This document shows positions 1-8,598 of a stretch of DNA of 64,000 nucleotides, piece after piece (the first letter of the stretch is position 1; each line of letters starts with the position of its first letter). The DNA is taken from contig CAVXYE010000004.1 of assembly GCA_963765865.1 (NCBI GenBank), positions 268,117 through 332,116 of the forward strand, read 5' to 3'. The notes beneath the pieces were generated by a model. That model searched no databases. It was given only the letters and a program-made list of their open reading frames with translations, and was not told the origin of the DNA. Source of the stretch: an uncultured Actinomycetes bacterium. Its GTDB lineage: Bacteria; Actinomycetota; UBA4738; HRBIN12. A program made the position numbers and the translations under genes.

Positions 1-130
1 GGCCCGCGATCGCGCCGCGCCGGCAGGAGATCCGGTCGCGGCTCGCCGAGATCCTTGCGATCCCGATCGACCGGATCTCGGTGAAGGCCACGCGTCCCGA
101 GGGCTTGGGGCTCGCGGGCGACGGGATCGG

Positions 131-934
131 ATGCCTCGCCGTCGCGGTGGTGACGTGAGCGCTGGGACCGCCGTGGTGCGATCGAGCGATGAGCTGATCA
201 CGGGGCGGCGGGCCGTCGCTGAGGCGATCGGGGCGGGACGCGCGATCGAGGTGCTGGTTGCGCCCGGTGCCCGGCGGAACCAGGGACTCCGAGCGGTGCT
301 CGACGCGGCCGAGCGCGCACGGGTCCCCGTGCGCGAGGTCGGCCGCGCCGACCTGGATCAGCTCGCGCGCGATCACCGAGGGGTGATCGCGCGCATCCAC
401 CCGGCCGGGTCGAACGCAGCCTTCCTGTCCGAGCGTGATCTGGGCGAGACCGAGTGGGCGGAGGACGCGATCGCCGTCGTGCTCGACGGCATCGAGGACC
501 CCCAGAACCTCGGCGCCTCGGCGCGATCGGCAGAAGCCGCCGGCGCGTCCGTGCTCGTCAGCCGGACGCACCGTGGGGCACCCGTGACCGACGCCGCGAT
601 CCGGGCGTCGGCCGGCGCGCTGTTGCACCTCCGGCACGCGCGCGTCGCGAACATCGCTCGCGCGATCGAGCGGCTGCAGGCTGCCGGCTTCAGCGCGGTC
701 GGGCTCGACGGTTCGGCGGAGCGAAGCATCTTCGACACCCGATGCCCGGACGGGCGTGTCGCGATCGTCCTCGGGAGCGAGGGGTCGGGTCTTTCACGGC
801 TGGTTCGCGAGCGATGCGATCTGCTGGTCGCCCTGCCGATGCGTGGCCGTGTGGACTCGTTGAACGCCGCCGCCTCGCTCGCCGCCGCGCTCTACGCATT
901 CGTGCTTCCGCGCGGACGCGGAGGAAACGGATGA
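131..934 (+). CDS. TrmH/SpoU-family RNA 2'-O-methyltransferase (RlmB-like)
   Basis: 267 aa ORF with conserved SpoU motifs (GIEDPQNLG, ...IVLGSEGSGLS...SLNAAASLAAALY). The upstream start may be later than the listed Met. Confidence 0.8.
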   Translation: MPRRRGGDVSAGTAVVRSSDELITGRRAVAEAIGAGRAIEVLVAPGARRNQGLRAVLDAAERARVPVREVGRADLDQLARDHRGVIARIHPAGSNAAFLSERDLGETEWAEDAIAVVLDGIEDPQNLGASARSAEAAGASVLVSRTHRGAPVTDAAIRASAGALLHLRHARVANIARAIERLQAAGFSAVGLDGSAERSIFDTRCPDGRVAIVLGSEGSGLSRLVRERCDLLVALPMRGRVDSLNAAASLAAALYAFVLPRGRGGNG

Positions 935-1410
935 ACGAGGGACCGGCGGACCCGACGCAGCCGTCGGGGTCGGGATCTGCGAGCACCCCTCCGGGTTCGC
1001 GCTTCGAAGACCTCACCAACTTCGAGGTCCCGTCCGATGCGGTGGCCACCGGACATCGAACCGCGATCCTCGTCACCGCCGCGGTCGTGCTGTTCGCTGG
1101 GGCGTTGTTCGCCGTCCTCTACGTCGTTCTCCTCCTGCCCTTCGCGTCGTCCGAGAAGGGCTCCTCGGTCTCGGGCGCCCTCGTCGGCTTCCTGCTCGTC
1201 TACGGTTCCCTGCAAGCCGTGGCGGGCGTGCTCGTACTGCTGCTGCGGCAGAGCGGGCGTTGGCTCGGGATCGTTCTCGCGGTCGTGGGGATCGGGCTCG
1301 GCATCGCGCGCGCGTCCTCGACGCCTGCGAGCGGTCTCGTCACGATCCTGCTGAACGCGTTCGTGATCTACGCGCTCGCCTCAAGCGGTCCGGCGTTCCG
1401 CCGAGGGTAG
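931..1410 (+). CDS. hypothetical integral membrane protein (3-4 TM helices)
   Basis: ATG at 931 overlaps the upstream stop (ATGA). Hydrophobic segments: LVTAAVVLFAGALFAVLYVVLLLPF, LVGFLLVYGSLQAVAGVLVLLL, LGIVLAVVGIGLGIA. Lies in the real frame of the longer 454..1410 track ORF. Confidence 0.55.
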   Translation: MNEGPADPTQPSGSGSASTPPGSRFEDLTNFEVPSDAVATGHRTAILVTAAVVLFAGALFAVLYVVLLLPFASSEKGSSVSGALVGFLLVYGSLQAVAGVLVLLLRQSGRWLGIVLAVVGIGLGIARASSTPASGLVTILLNAFVIYALASSGPAFRRG

Positions 1411-1422
1411 ACTCGGCACGTC

Positions 1423-1496
1423 GCCGGCGTGGCGCAGCCCGGTAGCGCAACCGACTTGTAATCGGTAGGTCGTCGGTTCGAATCCGACCGCCGGCT
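1423..1496 (+). tRNA. tRNA-Thr (anticodon TGT)
   Basis: Manually folded 74-nt cloverleaf. Acceptor GCCGGCG/CGCCGGC, D-stem GCGC/GCGC, anticodon stem ACCGA/TCGGT, loop CTTGTAA giving anticodon UGU, T-stem GTCGG/CCGAC with TTCGAAT loop. No encoded CCA. Confidence 0.9.
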
Positions 1497-1716
1497 CTCG
1501 GTGCACGTGCGTGAACGGGCTCTCGTGGATGGAGGCCCCCGCCCGCGAGGAAACTTCTGAGGAACGTCGAGGGAGTCAGCGGACGAAAGGGCCTTCACTC
1601 TCGCGATAGCCGGGAGCGGTGGAAGGAGCTGGAGAACGTGTACCTGGCCATCCGCGCGGGGGAACGTGAGAGCCTGGCGTCGAGCGTCCAGAGCAAGCCA
1701 CGGAAGTTGTCGTCAT

Positions 1717-2082
1717 CTATCCCGTCCTCGGTCGATCCTCCGTCGCTCCAGTGTGCCCGTGAAGTTCTTCGTGGAGTTCTTCGATCTCCTCATGGGACTT
1801 CGTCTCGATTCCGGCCACGTCATCCCGTGGGCCTTCGAGATGCGTGATGACCTCATCGAGCTTCACGTGAAGGGCCGCGGCGTCCCTGTTCTGAGAGTTC
1901 TGGAGGATGAATACCATCAGCAGGGTGGCGATGCTGATGGCGATGTTGGTCCTATCCACCCCGAAGGCCACTAACCCGATCACGACAAGCATGGCGGCGA
2001 CGAAGAGCGCCCACGGCGTCCCCATCCACTTCGAGAGGAAGGATGCCATCGAGGCGAACCTCTCCGAAAGCTGCCGGTTCAT
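1717..2082 (-). CDS. small membrane protein, low-affinity iron permease (PF04120)-like
   Basis: 121 aa with two TM helices (WALFVAAMLVVIGLVAFGV; IAISIATLLMVFILQNS) followed by a charged C-terminus. Lies within the low-GC islet. Confidence 0.5.
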   Translation of the reverse strand: MNRQLSERFASMASFLSKWMGTPWALFVAAMLVVIGLVAFGVDRTNIAISIATLLMVFILQNSQNRDAAALHVKLDEVITHLEGPRDDVAGIETKSHEEIEELHEELHGHTGATEDRPRTG

Positions 2083-2140
2083 CTGGCGAGTTCACCCACA
2101 GATATCTGCCCACGGTGCTCGAGTGATGGGGGTGGATCCT

Positions 2141-2326
2141 CTACGAGCGGGGAGCATATTCTTGGGGGTGGCTTCCCGCGTCCTTGGCCGCCGTCTGCTT
2201 GACGATCTCGAGTGTCTCGGCGACTGACTTGCCGTTTTCATCAGCCGCGGCCTTCAGATCGTCATAGGTGAAGTTGTGCTCGCCCATCTCTCGATGCGCG
2301 TCCATGCAGCCGCACGTGAGACACAT
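2141..2326 (-). CDS. small Cys-rich putative metal-binding protein (DUF1059-like)
   Basis: 61 aa starting MCLTCGCMDAH..., resembling the DUF1059 C-x-C-G-C-x-x-H small metal-binding motif. Family assignment is from memory only. Confidence 0.45.
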   Translation of the reverse strand: MCLTCGCMDAHREMGEHNFTYDDLKAAADENGKSVAETLEIVKQTAAKDAGSHPQEYAPRS

Positions 2327-2430
2327 GCCTACCCCCTTCGTCTGGTATCTCTGCGCCCTTGACGCCGTCCAGCCGACATCTACCCCCTAGCCGAGGACGC
2401 AAACCGGGCAAGCGATCCCTCCGGATCCCC

Positions 2431-2679
2431 TTATGCTTCGAGCTCGCCGAGCAGTCGCACACACCTCCGGCGGAGCTCAGGGTCATGGGACAGCCGGTCT
2501 ACGAGGGTGGCCCAAGCGGGTCCGTTCACGTCCCGGTACCGGAGCAAGCGTGCGGTTACGTGATCGGGCGCCGCCTGGCCTCGCATCAAGACTTCTTGAA
2601 AGGGTCCGCGTGCCTGGGGGCTCAGGGTCCGAAGCAGGTCACGGAGTTCGGAGTCCTCGTCGTACCTCGGCTCGTGCAT
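2431..2679 (-). CDS. hypothetical protein
   Basis: 82 aa ORF on the same strand as the other islet genes with non-repetitive composition. No recognisable domain. Confidence 0.3.
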   Translation of the reverse strand: MHEPRYDEDSELRDLLRTLSPQARGPFQEVLMRGQAAPDHVTARLLRYRDVNGPAWATLVDRLSHDPELRRRCVRLLGELEA

Positions 2680-2856
2680 CAGCCGGTCTCTCCGTGTTCG
2701 TGGTCCACCATCCGAACGTCGGACAGCAGCCCGCCTCCTCAGCCGCGTTCTCCTCGGTAGGCGAGCCGCCTGCTACTCGTTACGCGCTTACCCAGTTCGA
2801 GCTCCCGCTATCCGCGCCCGTGACCCCGATCAGCCTCGTTGCGCGGGAAGAGGCGC

Positions 2857-3177
2857 CTAGGCGGGTGGTTCGAGTATCTCGACGTTCGGCAGTACACCGT
2901 CGGTCAATGCGACCAGCTGGAGGACCTTGAACACCGGCCGCGACGGTTGGACGATGAGCGACTTTCCGGAGCGGAGCTCCATGACCCTCATCAGTGCACG
3001 GAGCCCCGCGGAATCCATGAAGGTGACTCCCGAGAGGTCGAGCAGGACGCTGGACCCGGGAGCGTCCATCACGGCTTCGCTGGCTTGCTCCTCGAACGGC
3101 TCAGCGGTCGCGAGGTCGATCTCGCCATGCACGGAAAGCCCTTCGACGGTTCTGTCTAGACCCCAGGTGTCAGGCAT
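2857..3177 (-). CDS. STAS-domain anti-sigma-factor antagonist (SpoIIAA-like)
   Basis: 106 aa with the STAS pattern ...LSVHGEIDLATAEPF...VLLDLSGVTFMDSAGLRALM... Confidence 0.7.
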   Translation of the reverse strand: MPDTWGLDRTVEGLSVHGEIDLATAEPFEEQASEAVMDAPGSSVLLDLSGVTFMDSAGLRALMRVMELRSGKSLIVQPSRPVFKVLQLVALTDGVLPNVEILEPPA

Positions 3178-3542
3178 GGCCGGCGCTCGGTTTAGTCCTC
3201 CCTCGTGTAGATAGCAAGGGGTTGGGCGGTGACGAGACCATCACAGGACGCGAAGAGGCTTGAGAAGCAGCGCTCTCGGCGATCGGATGGGTAGAGTTCC
3301 GATCCCCCACAGGCCCTTCTCCAAACCACAGGGCCACGGTCTGGCTGCCGCAGGATCCGACGAGCGGGTCCTTCCTCTCCCGATCAGATCTTCCTCGAGC
3401 GCGATCTGCTCCTCGATCACCGCCTCCGCCTTGCCGAAAAGCATCGCGGAAGGCGTCCGAGAGGATCTGTCTACTACGAGCGTGGGGACGGCACATCTCG
3501 GAATGACACAGGAAGGTCGTTCGAGGATTGCGCGATCGGTGA

Positions 3543-3576
3543 TCGTCGGTTCGGGTCCGAACCGTCGGCTCTCGGT
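3543..3576 (+). repeat. degenerate direct repeat of the tRNA-Thr 3' end (att-like)
   Basis: tcgtcggttcgggtccgaaccgtcggctctcggt versus the tRNA 3' region tcgtcggttcgaatccgaccgccggctctcggt (1470..1502). About 27 of 33 positions identical, including the 11-nt block and ggctctcggt. Confidence 0.5.
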
Positions 3577-3587
3577 CTCTCGGTTCC

Positions 3588-4271
3588 TTACGTTTGCGGC
3601 GGCGGCTGAGACTCGCGCACCTCTCCCAGGACGATCACCGGATCCGCGTCCTGTTCGCTGGGCATGACGGCTTCGAGCTCGAGGAGGGAGATCCGCATGC
3701 GATCGCGGATCGCCTGGGCCTGGCTCAACGTCCAGTCGCGGAGCGGCGCCATCTCGGCTCGGATGTTCGCCGCCTCGTCCTGGGCTTCGCCGAGCAGTCG
3801 CTCGATCAGCGCCCGCGCTTCTCTTTCCGCTACCAGGGCCTCGATGCGCTTCTTGGCCGCTTCCGTCCTCGCCTCGGCCACGATGCCCGAGGCCACGAGC
3901 TCCGCTCGTCCCTGGGAACGCTCGACCTCTCGATCGAACCCACGGATGAGCTCCATCACGTGCTCGGAAACACCTTCATAGGGATCCCGGTCGGCCGCGC
4001 CCGGGTCGCGTTCCTGCCGCAACTCCTCGACCTCGGCACGCGATCGCTCGAGGTCGATCCGCGCCTGCTCGAGGTCGGTCCGCGCCTGCTCGAGGCCCTT
4101 GAGATCGTGCTGGGCGCGATCGAGCCGGGACTCGAGATCGGAGAGTCGCGCCCGGACCAGGCGCAGATGTGCAAGGACTTCCTCTTGGTCGAAGCCCCGT
4201 CGCACGACCTTGAAGGAAGGCACGGTGCGGCTTGGGTCTAGCGACCGGAGACTACGTTGGTTCACGTCCAT
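3588..4271 (-). CDS. DivIVA-domain protein (cell division/polar growth)
   Basis: N-terminal DivIVA signature FKVVRRGFDQEEVLAHL, followed by a long coiled-coil rich in E/R/L repeats. Confidence 0.8.
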   Translation of the reverse strand: MDVNQRSLRSLDPSRTVPSFKVVRRGFDQEEVLAHLRLVRARLSDLESRLDRAQHDLKGLEQARTDLEQARIDLERSRAEVEELRQERDPGAADRDPYEGVSEHVMELIRGFDREVERSQGRAELVASGIVAEARTEAAKKRIEALVAEREARALIERLLGEAQDEAANIRAEMAPLRDWTLSQAQAIRDRMRISLLELEAVMPSEQDADPVIVLGEVRESQPPPQT

Positions 4272-4434
4272 GGTCCCTCTCCAGGCCCGGCAAGGAAGGG
4301 TACGCCCTTCTGCGTGGCAACGTACCCCTATCGGGCTACGGCGAGGAGGGCCCGAAAGGCGGTTTGTGGATCTCCGAACGCCCTAAGCAGCAACGACTGT
4401 AGAGGTGCTCGACCTCGTCGTGAGTCCCCGGCGC

Positions 4435-6636
4435 TCAGCCGCCGGGGAGGTACACGCGGAACGACGCGCCGCCGCCCGGACGGTCTTCGACCCACGCCCG
4501 ACCACCGTGGAGCTCCGCGAAGCGCTTCACGAGGGAGAGGCCGACCCCCACCCCCGGTGAGTGCCCGGTCGCAGAACCGGGGGCCTGGCGGAAGGGTTCG
4601 AAGATCTCCTCCCGGAGCTCGGGCGGGATCCCCGTCCCGTCGTCCTCGACGATCAGCAGCAGGCCTCCGTCCTTCGGGACCGCTCGAACCCACACCTCGG
4701 CTCCGGGCGGCGTGTGGCGGAGGGCGTTCGTGACGAGGTTCTCGACGATCCGTTCGACCTTGGGCGCGTCCAGACTGACCATGAAGGGCTCCACGTCGAC
4801 CGTCAGGTCGTGGCCGTTGCGCTCCTCGGTCTCTTCGACGGCGCGGCGGATCAGTTCGCCGACGTCGGTCGGGCGTCGCTGCGGCGACACGATCCCTCGC
4901 TGGAGACGATCCAGGTCGAGCAGGTCGCCCAACAACCGCTCGAGCTTTCGGGCGTTGGTCGCGATGCGCCGCACGAGATCCACCGCGTCCTCTTGGGGCA
5001 GGTCCATGTTGGCTTGCTCCAACGTGATCGCCGATCCGAGGATCGACGTCAGCGGCGTCCGGAGGTCGTGCGAGACCGCCTCCAGGAACGTGTTCTTCAT
5101 GTCGTCGAGCGCTCTGAGCTGTTGCGCCGCCTCGCGCTCGCGCCGGAACGCCTCCGAGTACTTCCGCTCGGACGCCTGGAGCGCCTGCTCCGCCTGCTTG
5201 CGTTCCGTGATGTCGACCATGAGCCCCCGGAGCTGCTGCGGCCCCCGGGACCGTCGGACGACGTGGATCAGGTCGCGGACCCACACGTCCTGACCGCTCG
5301 GGGTGCGGACACGGTATTCGACGGTCGTGTCCCGCCCCTCGTCGCGGGCCCATCGCACGGCCAGCTCGGCAGCATCCCGGTCGCGCTCGTGCACGTGGTC
5401 CCCCCACGCCTTGCCCTGGGAGGGCCAGGAGCCGGCGTCGGGTCCGAGCACGGGATCGGCTCGCCCACCGACGAACGTGAGCCGGAAGTCCTTCGCGTCG
5501 GCTTCCCAGAAGATGGCGTCGAGCGTCTCGACCAACTCGTGGAAGCGTTCGAGCTCTGACAGGCGGCGCGCGTTGCCGAGCGCCAGAGAGGTGATGTCCC
5601 CGATCCCTCGCGCGAACGAGAGGGCATCGTCATCGAACGGCGCCCCGTTCAGCTCGCCCACCGCGACGATCGCACCGAACCCGTCCGCATCCCATCGCAG
5701 CGGCGTGACGAGGACGGCGCCGGGGTCGTCGACGAATCGCAGATCCGCGGGAACCTGCATCGCCATCTCCTGCGGGATCACGAAGGGCTCGGTCTCGCTG
5801 AACAGGAAGTTCTCCGCGATCTCCTTGGGGATGTCGGCGAGCTCCGACCTCGGCTTCGTCGTGTGCGCACCGACGGCGAACACGCGAGCGACGCGGAACG
5901 CCCCCGTCTCTTCGTCGCGCGTGTAGGCCGCGGCGGCGACGCAGGGGACGATCGTCGGAACGGTCTCGATCGCCCGCTGGAAGATCTCCCCGACGGTGCG
6001 TTCGGACGTCATCCCTTGCGACAGGCGCAGCAGCGCGCCGGAGACCCGGGCTTCGCGTCGCTCGGCATCGAGCAGACGAGCGGTCTGGAGCGCGACGGCG
6101 GCGTGCGAGGCCAGGACCTCCAGGAGGCGCCGGTCGTCTTCGTCGAACTGCGCGAACCCCAGCTTCGACAGCACGATCACGCCGACGACCTCGTCGCCGG
6201 CGATCATGGGGACGGCGAGCATCGACTCCAGCAGGTCGTCGTCGGTGCCGGGGATCGTGACCGAGAAGTCGATCTGGCGGGCGTCGGGCGTCAGCAGGGA
6301 GGTCTTGGTGAGCGCGACGTGCCCGGTGATCCCCTCGCCCAGCTTCGTCACGAGCGCGGGGAGGGACTCGGTCGCGTAGTCGGTGAAGAGCTCACCCCGG
6401 AAAGCGACGGGGAACAACGTGTCGCCGTCGGGCTGCAGCAGATAGACCCGGCAGTTGTGATAGTCGATGATCGTCCTCAGCTCAGCGGTGATCGCCGCTG
6501 CGATCTCTTCGACGTCGCCGAGCATGTTGAGCGCAGCCGCCAGGTTGTGCAGCATGTTGAGCTGCGCGATCGAACGGATGTCGTCGCGCAGCCGCTTCGG
6601 CTCTGGTCCTGCCTGTGCCACGGATCGCCTCGCCAC
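4435..6636 (-). CDS. sensor histidine kinase with GAF-GAF-PAS-HisKA-HATPase_c domains (orphan)
   Basis: 733 aa. H-box ...EAVSHDLRTPLTSILG...; HATPase motifs ...VTNALRHTPPGAEV...EDDGTGIPPE...GVGLSLV... No response regulator is adjacent. Confidence 0.85.
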   Translation of the reverse strand: MARRSVAQAGPEPKRLRDDIRSIAQLNMLHNLAAALNMLGDVEEIAAAITAELRTIIDYHNCRVYLLQPDGDTLFPVAFRGELFTDYATESLPALVTKLGEGITGHVALTKTSLLTPDARQIDFSVTIPGTDDDLLESMLAVPMIAGDEVVGVIVLSKLGFAQFDEDDRRLLEVLASHAAVALQTARLLDAERREARVSGALLRLSQGMTSERTVGEIFQRAIETVPTIVPCVAAAAYTRDEETGAFRVARVFAVGAHTTKPRSELADIPKEIAENFLFSETEPFVIPQEMAMQVPADLRFVDDPGAVLVTPLRWDADGFGAIVAVGELNGAPFDDDALSFARGIGDITSLALGNARRLSELERFHELVETLDAIFWEADAKDFRLTFVGGRADPVLGPDAGSWPSQGKAWGDHVHERDRDAAELAVRWARDEGRDTTVEYRVRTPSGQDVWVRDLIHVVRRSRGPQQLRGLMVDITERKQAEQALQASERKYSEAFRREREAAQQLRALDDMKNTFLEAVSHDLRTPLTSILGSAITLEQANMDLPQEDAVDLVRRIATNARKLERLLGDLLDLDRLQRGIVSPQRRPTDVGELIRRAVEETEERNGHDLTVDVEPFMVSLDAPKVERIVENLVTNALRHTPPGAEVWVRAVPKDGGLLLIVEDDGTGIPPELREEIFEPFRQAPGSATGHSPGVGVGLSLVKRFAELHGGRAWVEDRPGGGASFRVYLPGG

Positions 6637-6725
6637 GTCGGGGAACGGCCCATGCTCTCACCCGAGCAAGCCTCCGGTAGCGATTTCGGCAGTCGCCGAG
6701 CGGTGCTTGAACCGGGTGGGATCGG

Positions 6726-7028
6726 ATGCGAGCCTCGTGGAACGTGAGCCAACGAGGCACGACCGATGCCCACGAGGGCGGTTTGGATGACCGAGCGCGC
6801 GCGATCTTGGACTTCGAGCGGGAGGCGTGGAAGCTGGACGTCCCCAAGGAGCGAGCGATCCGCGAGCGGTTCGGTTTCTCCGCCGCGCGCTACCACCAGC
6901 TGCTGCACCGGATCGTCGACGGTCCGCACGCGCTCGAGTACGACCCGATGCTCGTGCGGCGGCTGCGGCGGATCCGGGAGATCCGCCGCCGCCGCCGCAC
7001 GGCCGATCGCCTCGGGTTCCGTCTCTAG
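6726..7028 (+). CDS. DUF3263-domain protein
   Basis: 100 aa with ...LDFEREAWKL...ERFGFSAARYHQLLHRIVDGPHALEYDPMLVRRLRRIRE, typical of actinobacterial DUF3263. Confidence 0.6.
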   Translation: MRASWNVSQRGTTDAHEGGLDDRARAILDFEREAWKLDVPKERAIRERFGFSAARYHQLLHRIVDGPHALEYDPMLVRRLRRIREIRRRRRTADRLGFRL

Positions 7029-7082
7029 GCCGGGTCGGCCCGCAGCCGGCGGAGCGGCTGCGGGAACGACCCAACCGGTAGG

Positions 7083-7614
7083 ATGCGGGCGGTGAACCTC
7101 GGCACCGCTCGGATCGTCATCATCGTTGCACTCGTCGTCGCCGGCGCGGCCGTGCTCGCCAACGGGTTCCCCGAGAGCGGCGGGAGCGTCGCCGGACCCT
7201 CCGGTGGTGCGAGCCCCAGCGGCTCCCCATCCAGCCCCGCATCCAGCCCCACCACGCAGCCGTCGCCGACGGGTCCCTCCCCGGAGACGACCGGCGTGAC
7301 GTTCATGGCGCTCAACGGGACGACCGTGACGGGCGCCGGCGCGGCCGCCCAACAGCTGCTGACGAAGCACGGCTACACGTCCGTGCAGGACGCCGTGGAT
7401 GCTCCGAGCCAGGGCGTCGCCAAGACGACGGTCTACTACCGCGGCCGGCCAAGGTGGACGTCAGAACAAGGCGAACGCCGCCTACGTCGCCACGACCTAC
7501 TTCAACGGGGCGTCGGTCAAGAAGCTCGACCCCTCGTTGGAAAGCGTCGTACCGCCGAGCGCCACGATCGCGGTCGTCGTCGGAGACGATTTCGCTCAGA
7601 CGCTCGTCCAGTGA
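7083..7614 (+). pseudogene. LytR_C-domain membrane-anchored protein, apparent +1 frameshift near 7450
   Basis: Frame 1 covers signal-anchor, PS-rich linker and ...GVTFMALNGTTVTGAGAAAQQLLTKHGYTSVQ...TTVYYRG. Frame 2 (7399..7614) continues ...QNKANAAYVATTYFNGASVKKLDPSLESVVPPSATIAVVVGDDFA. Removing one C from ccggcc restores a continuous LytR_C domain. Confidence 0.6.
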
Positions 7615-7709
7615 CCGCCGAGGTCCCGTGGGTCGACCGGTCACGGCCAACCGGCCGTTGACGTGCGAGAACGCGGTCCCTAGCCTGAACCGGGAAGGGG
7701 GTCGGCCGG

Positions 7710-8183
7710 GTGCTCAAGGTCTCACAGAAGCTCGAGTACGCGATGCGCGCCATGATCGAGCTCGCCCAGCGGAAGGACGACGATGCCCTGGTCCCCGCTC
7801 GTGAGATCGCCGAGCGGCAGCAGGTCCCGCTGCGGTTCCTGGAGCAGCAGCTGGGAGCACTCTCGAAGGCCGGGCTGGTCGAGAGCTTCCGCGGGGCGGG
7901 TGGAGGGTGCCGGATCGCCCGGGATCCCGCCCAGATCACGGTCGCGGAGATCGCCGACGCGATCGAAGGACAGATCTACCCGGTGTTCTGCCTGGAACCG
8001 TCCGACCACACGTGCTTCGCGGATTCGCGATGCGGCCTCCAAGGGTTCTGGGCCGACGTCGCCACTGCGGTGCAACAGGTCTTCGAACGAACGACGGTGG
8101 CGGACCTTGCGGCCCGCCACCGGGAGATGTCTCCGGGAACGGTGATGGTCAGCCCGGAGGAACTGTTGTCGCGGTTGAACTGA
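7710..8183 (+). CDS. Rrf2-family transcriptional regulator (IscR/NsrR-like)
   Basis: GTG start. N-terminal wHTH MLKVSQKLEYAMRAMIELA. Three Cys (CLEPSDHTCFADSRC) typical of cluster-ligating Rrf2 proteins. Confidence 0.85.
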   Translation: MLKVSQKLEYAMRAMIELAQRKDDDALVPAREIAERQQVPLRFLEQQLGALSKAGLVESFRGAGGGCRIARDPAQITVAEIADAIEGQIYPVFCLEPSDHTCFADSRCGLQGFWADVATAVQQVFERTTVADLAARHREMSPGTVMVSPEELLSRLN

Positions 8184-8201
8184 CCGGGTCGGCGATCCCC
8201 G

Positions 8202-8375
8202 TCAGCCGGTCCACCCCATCGCCTTCGCGGCGTCCATGCCCATGATCTTCGTCAACTTGGTCCCGCATACCGGGCAGGTGCCCTGCAGCGCGGGGCGTCC
8301 GTTCTTCAGCGTGACCAGCGAGCCGGTGAACTCGCGCTTCTCGCGGCACTTCATGCAGTAGGCCACGTCGGCCAT
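8202..8375 (-). CDS. DUF5679-like zinc-ribbon protein
   Basis: 57 aa MADVAYCMKCREKREF...LKNGRPALQGTCPVCGTKLTKI, a CxxC...CxxC ribbon. Strong GGAGG RBS upstream. The listed 139-aa ORF is a 5' over-extension. Confidence 0.6.
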   Translation of the reverse strand: MADVAYCMKCREKREFTGSLVTLKNGRPALQGTCPVCGTKLTKIMGMDAAKAMGWTG

Positions 8376-8598
8376 CCGACGCCTCCCTTCCCCTCGCGAC
8401 CGCGGTGGCGGCCGACCTCGTGTGCTCCCCCGGGGGGCAACGGTACATACCCCGAGGCCGCCCTCGAGGGCGGCCTTCCACGATGGTGCCCCGCACGGGC
8501 TCTTGATGCAAGCACGTACGAGGTCGCGTTGAACCTGCCCGCTGCGTACGATGGCGGTCGGCCCGGCGCCACGGACACCCGAGGGAGGATCCACCGAC

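Larger units (their letters stand above)
1497..3576. mobile_element. putative decayed genomic islet at the tRNA-Thr 3' end (no integrase retained)
   Basis: GC drops to roughly 58-60% versus ~70% in flanks. Bounded by the tRNA 3' end (1470..1502) and a degenerate direct copy (3543..3576). Carries four small minus-strand genes. Confidence 0.4.

Noticed and set aside
1368-1598. 76-aa minus-strand ORF overlapping tRNA-Thr
   Set aside because: Overlaps a well-folded tRNA and has no coding features.
4328-5407. 359-aa R/P/G-rich minus-strand ORF, plus the 4561..5559 plus-strand ORF
   Set aside because: Alternate-frame and antisense artefacts of the histidine kinase gene.
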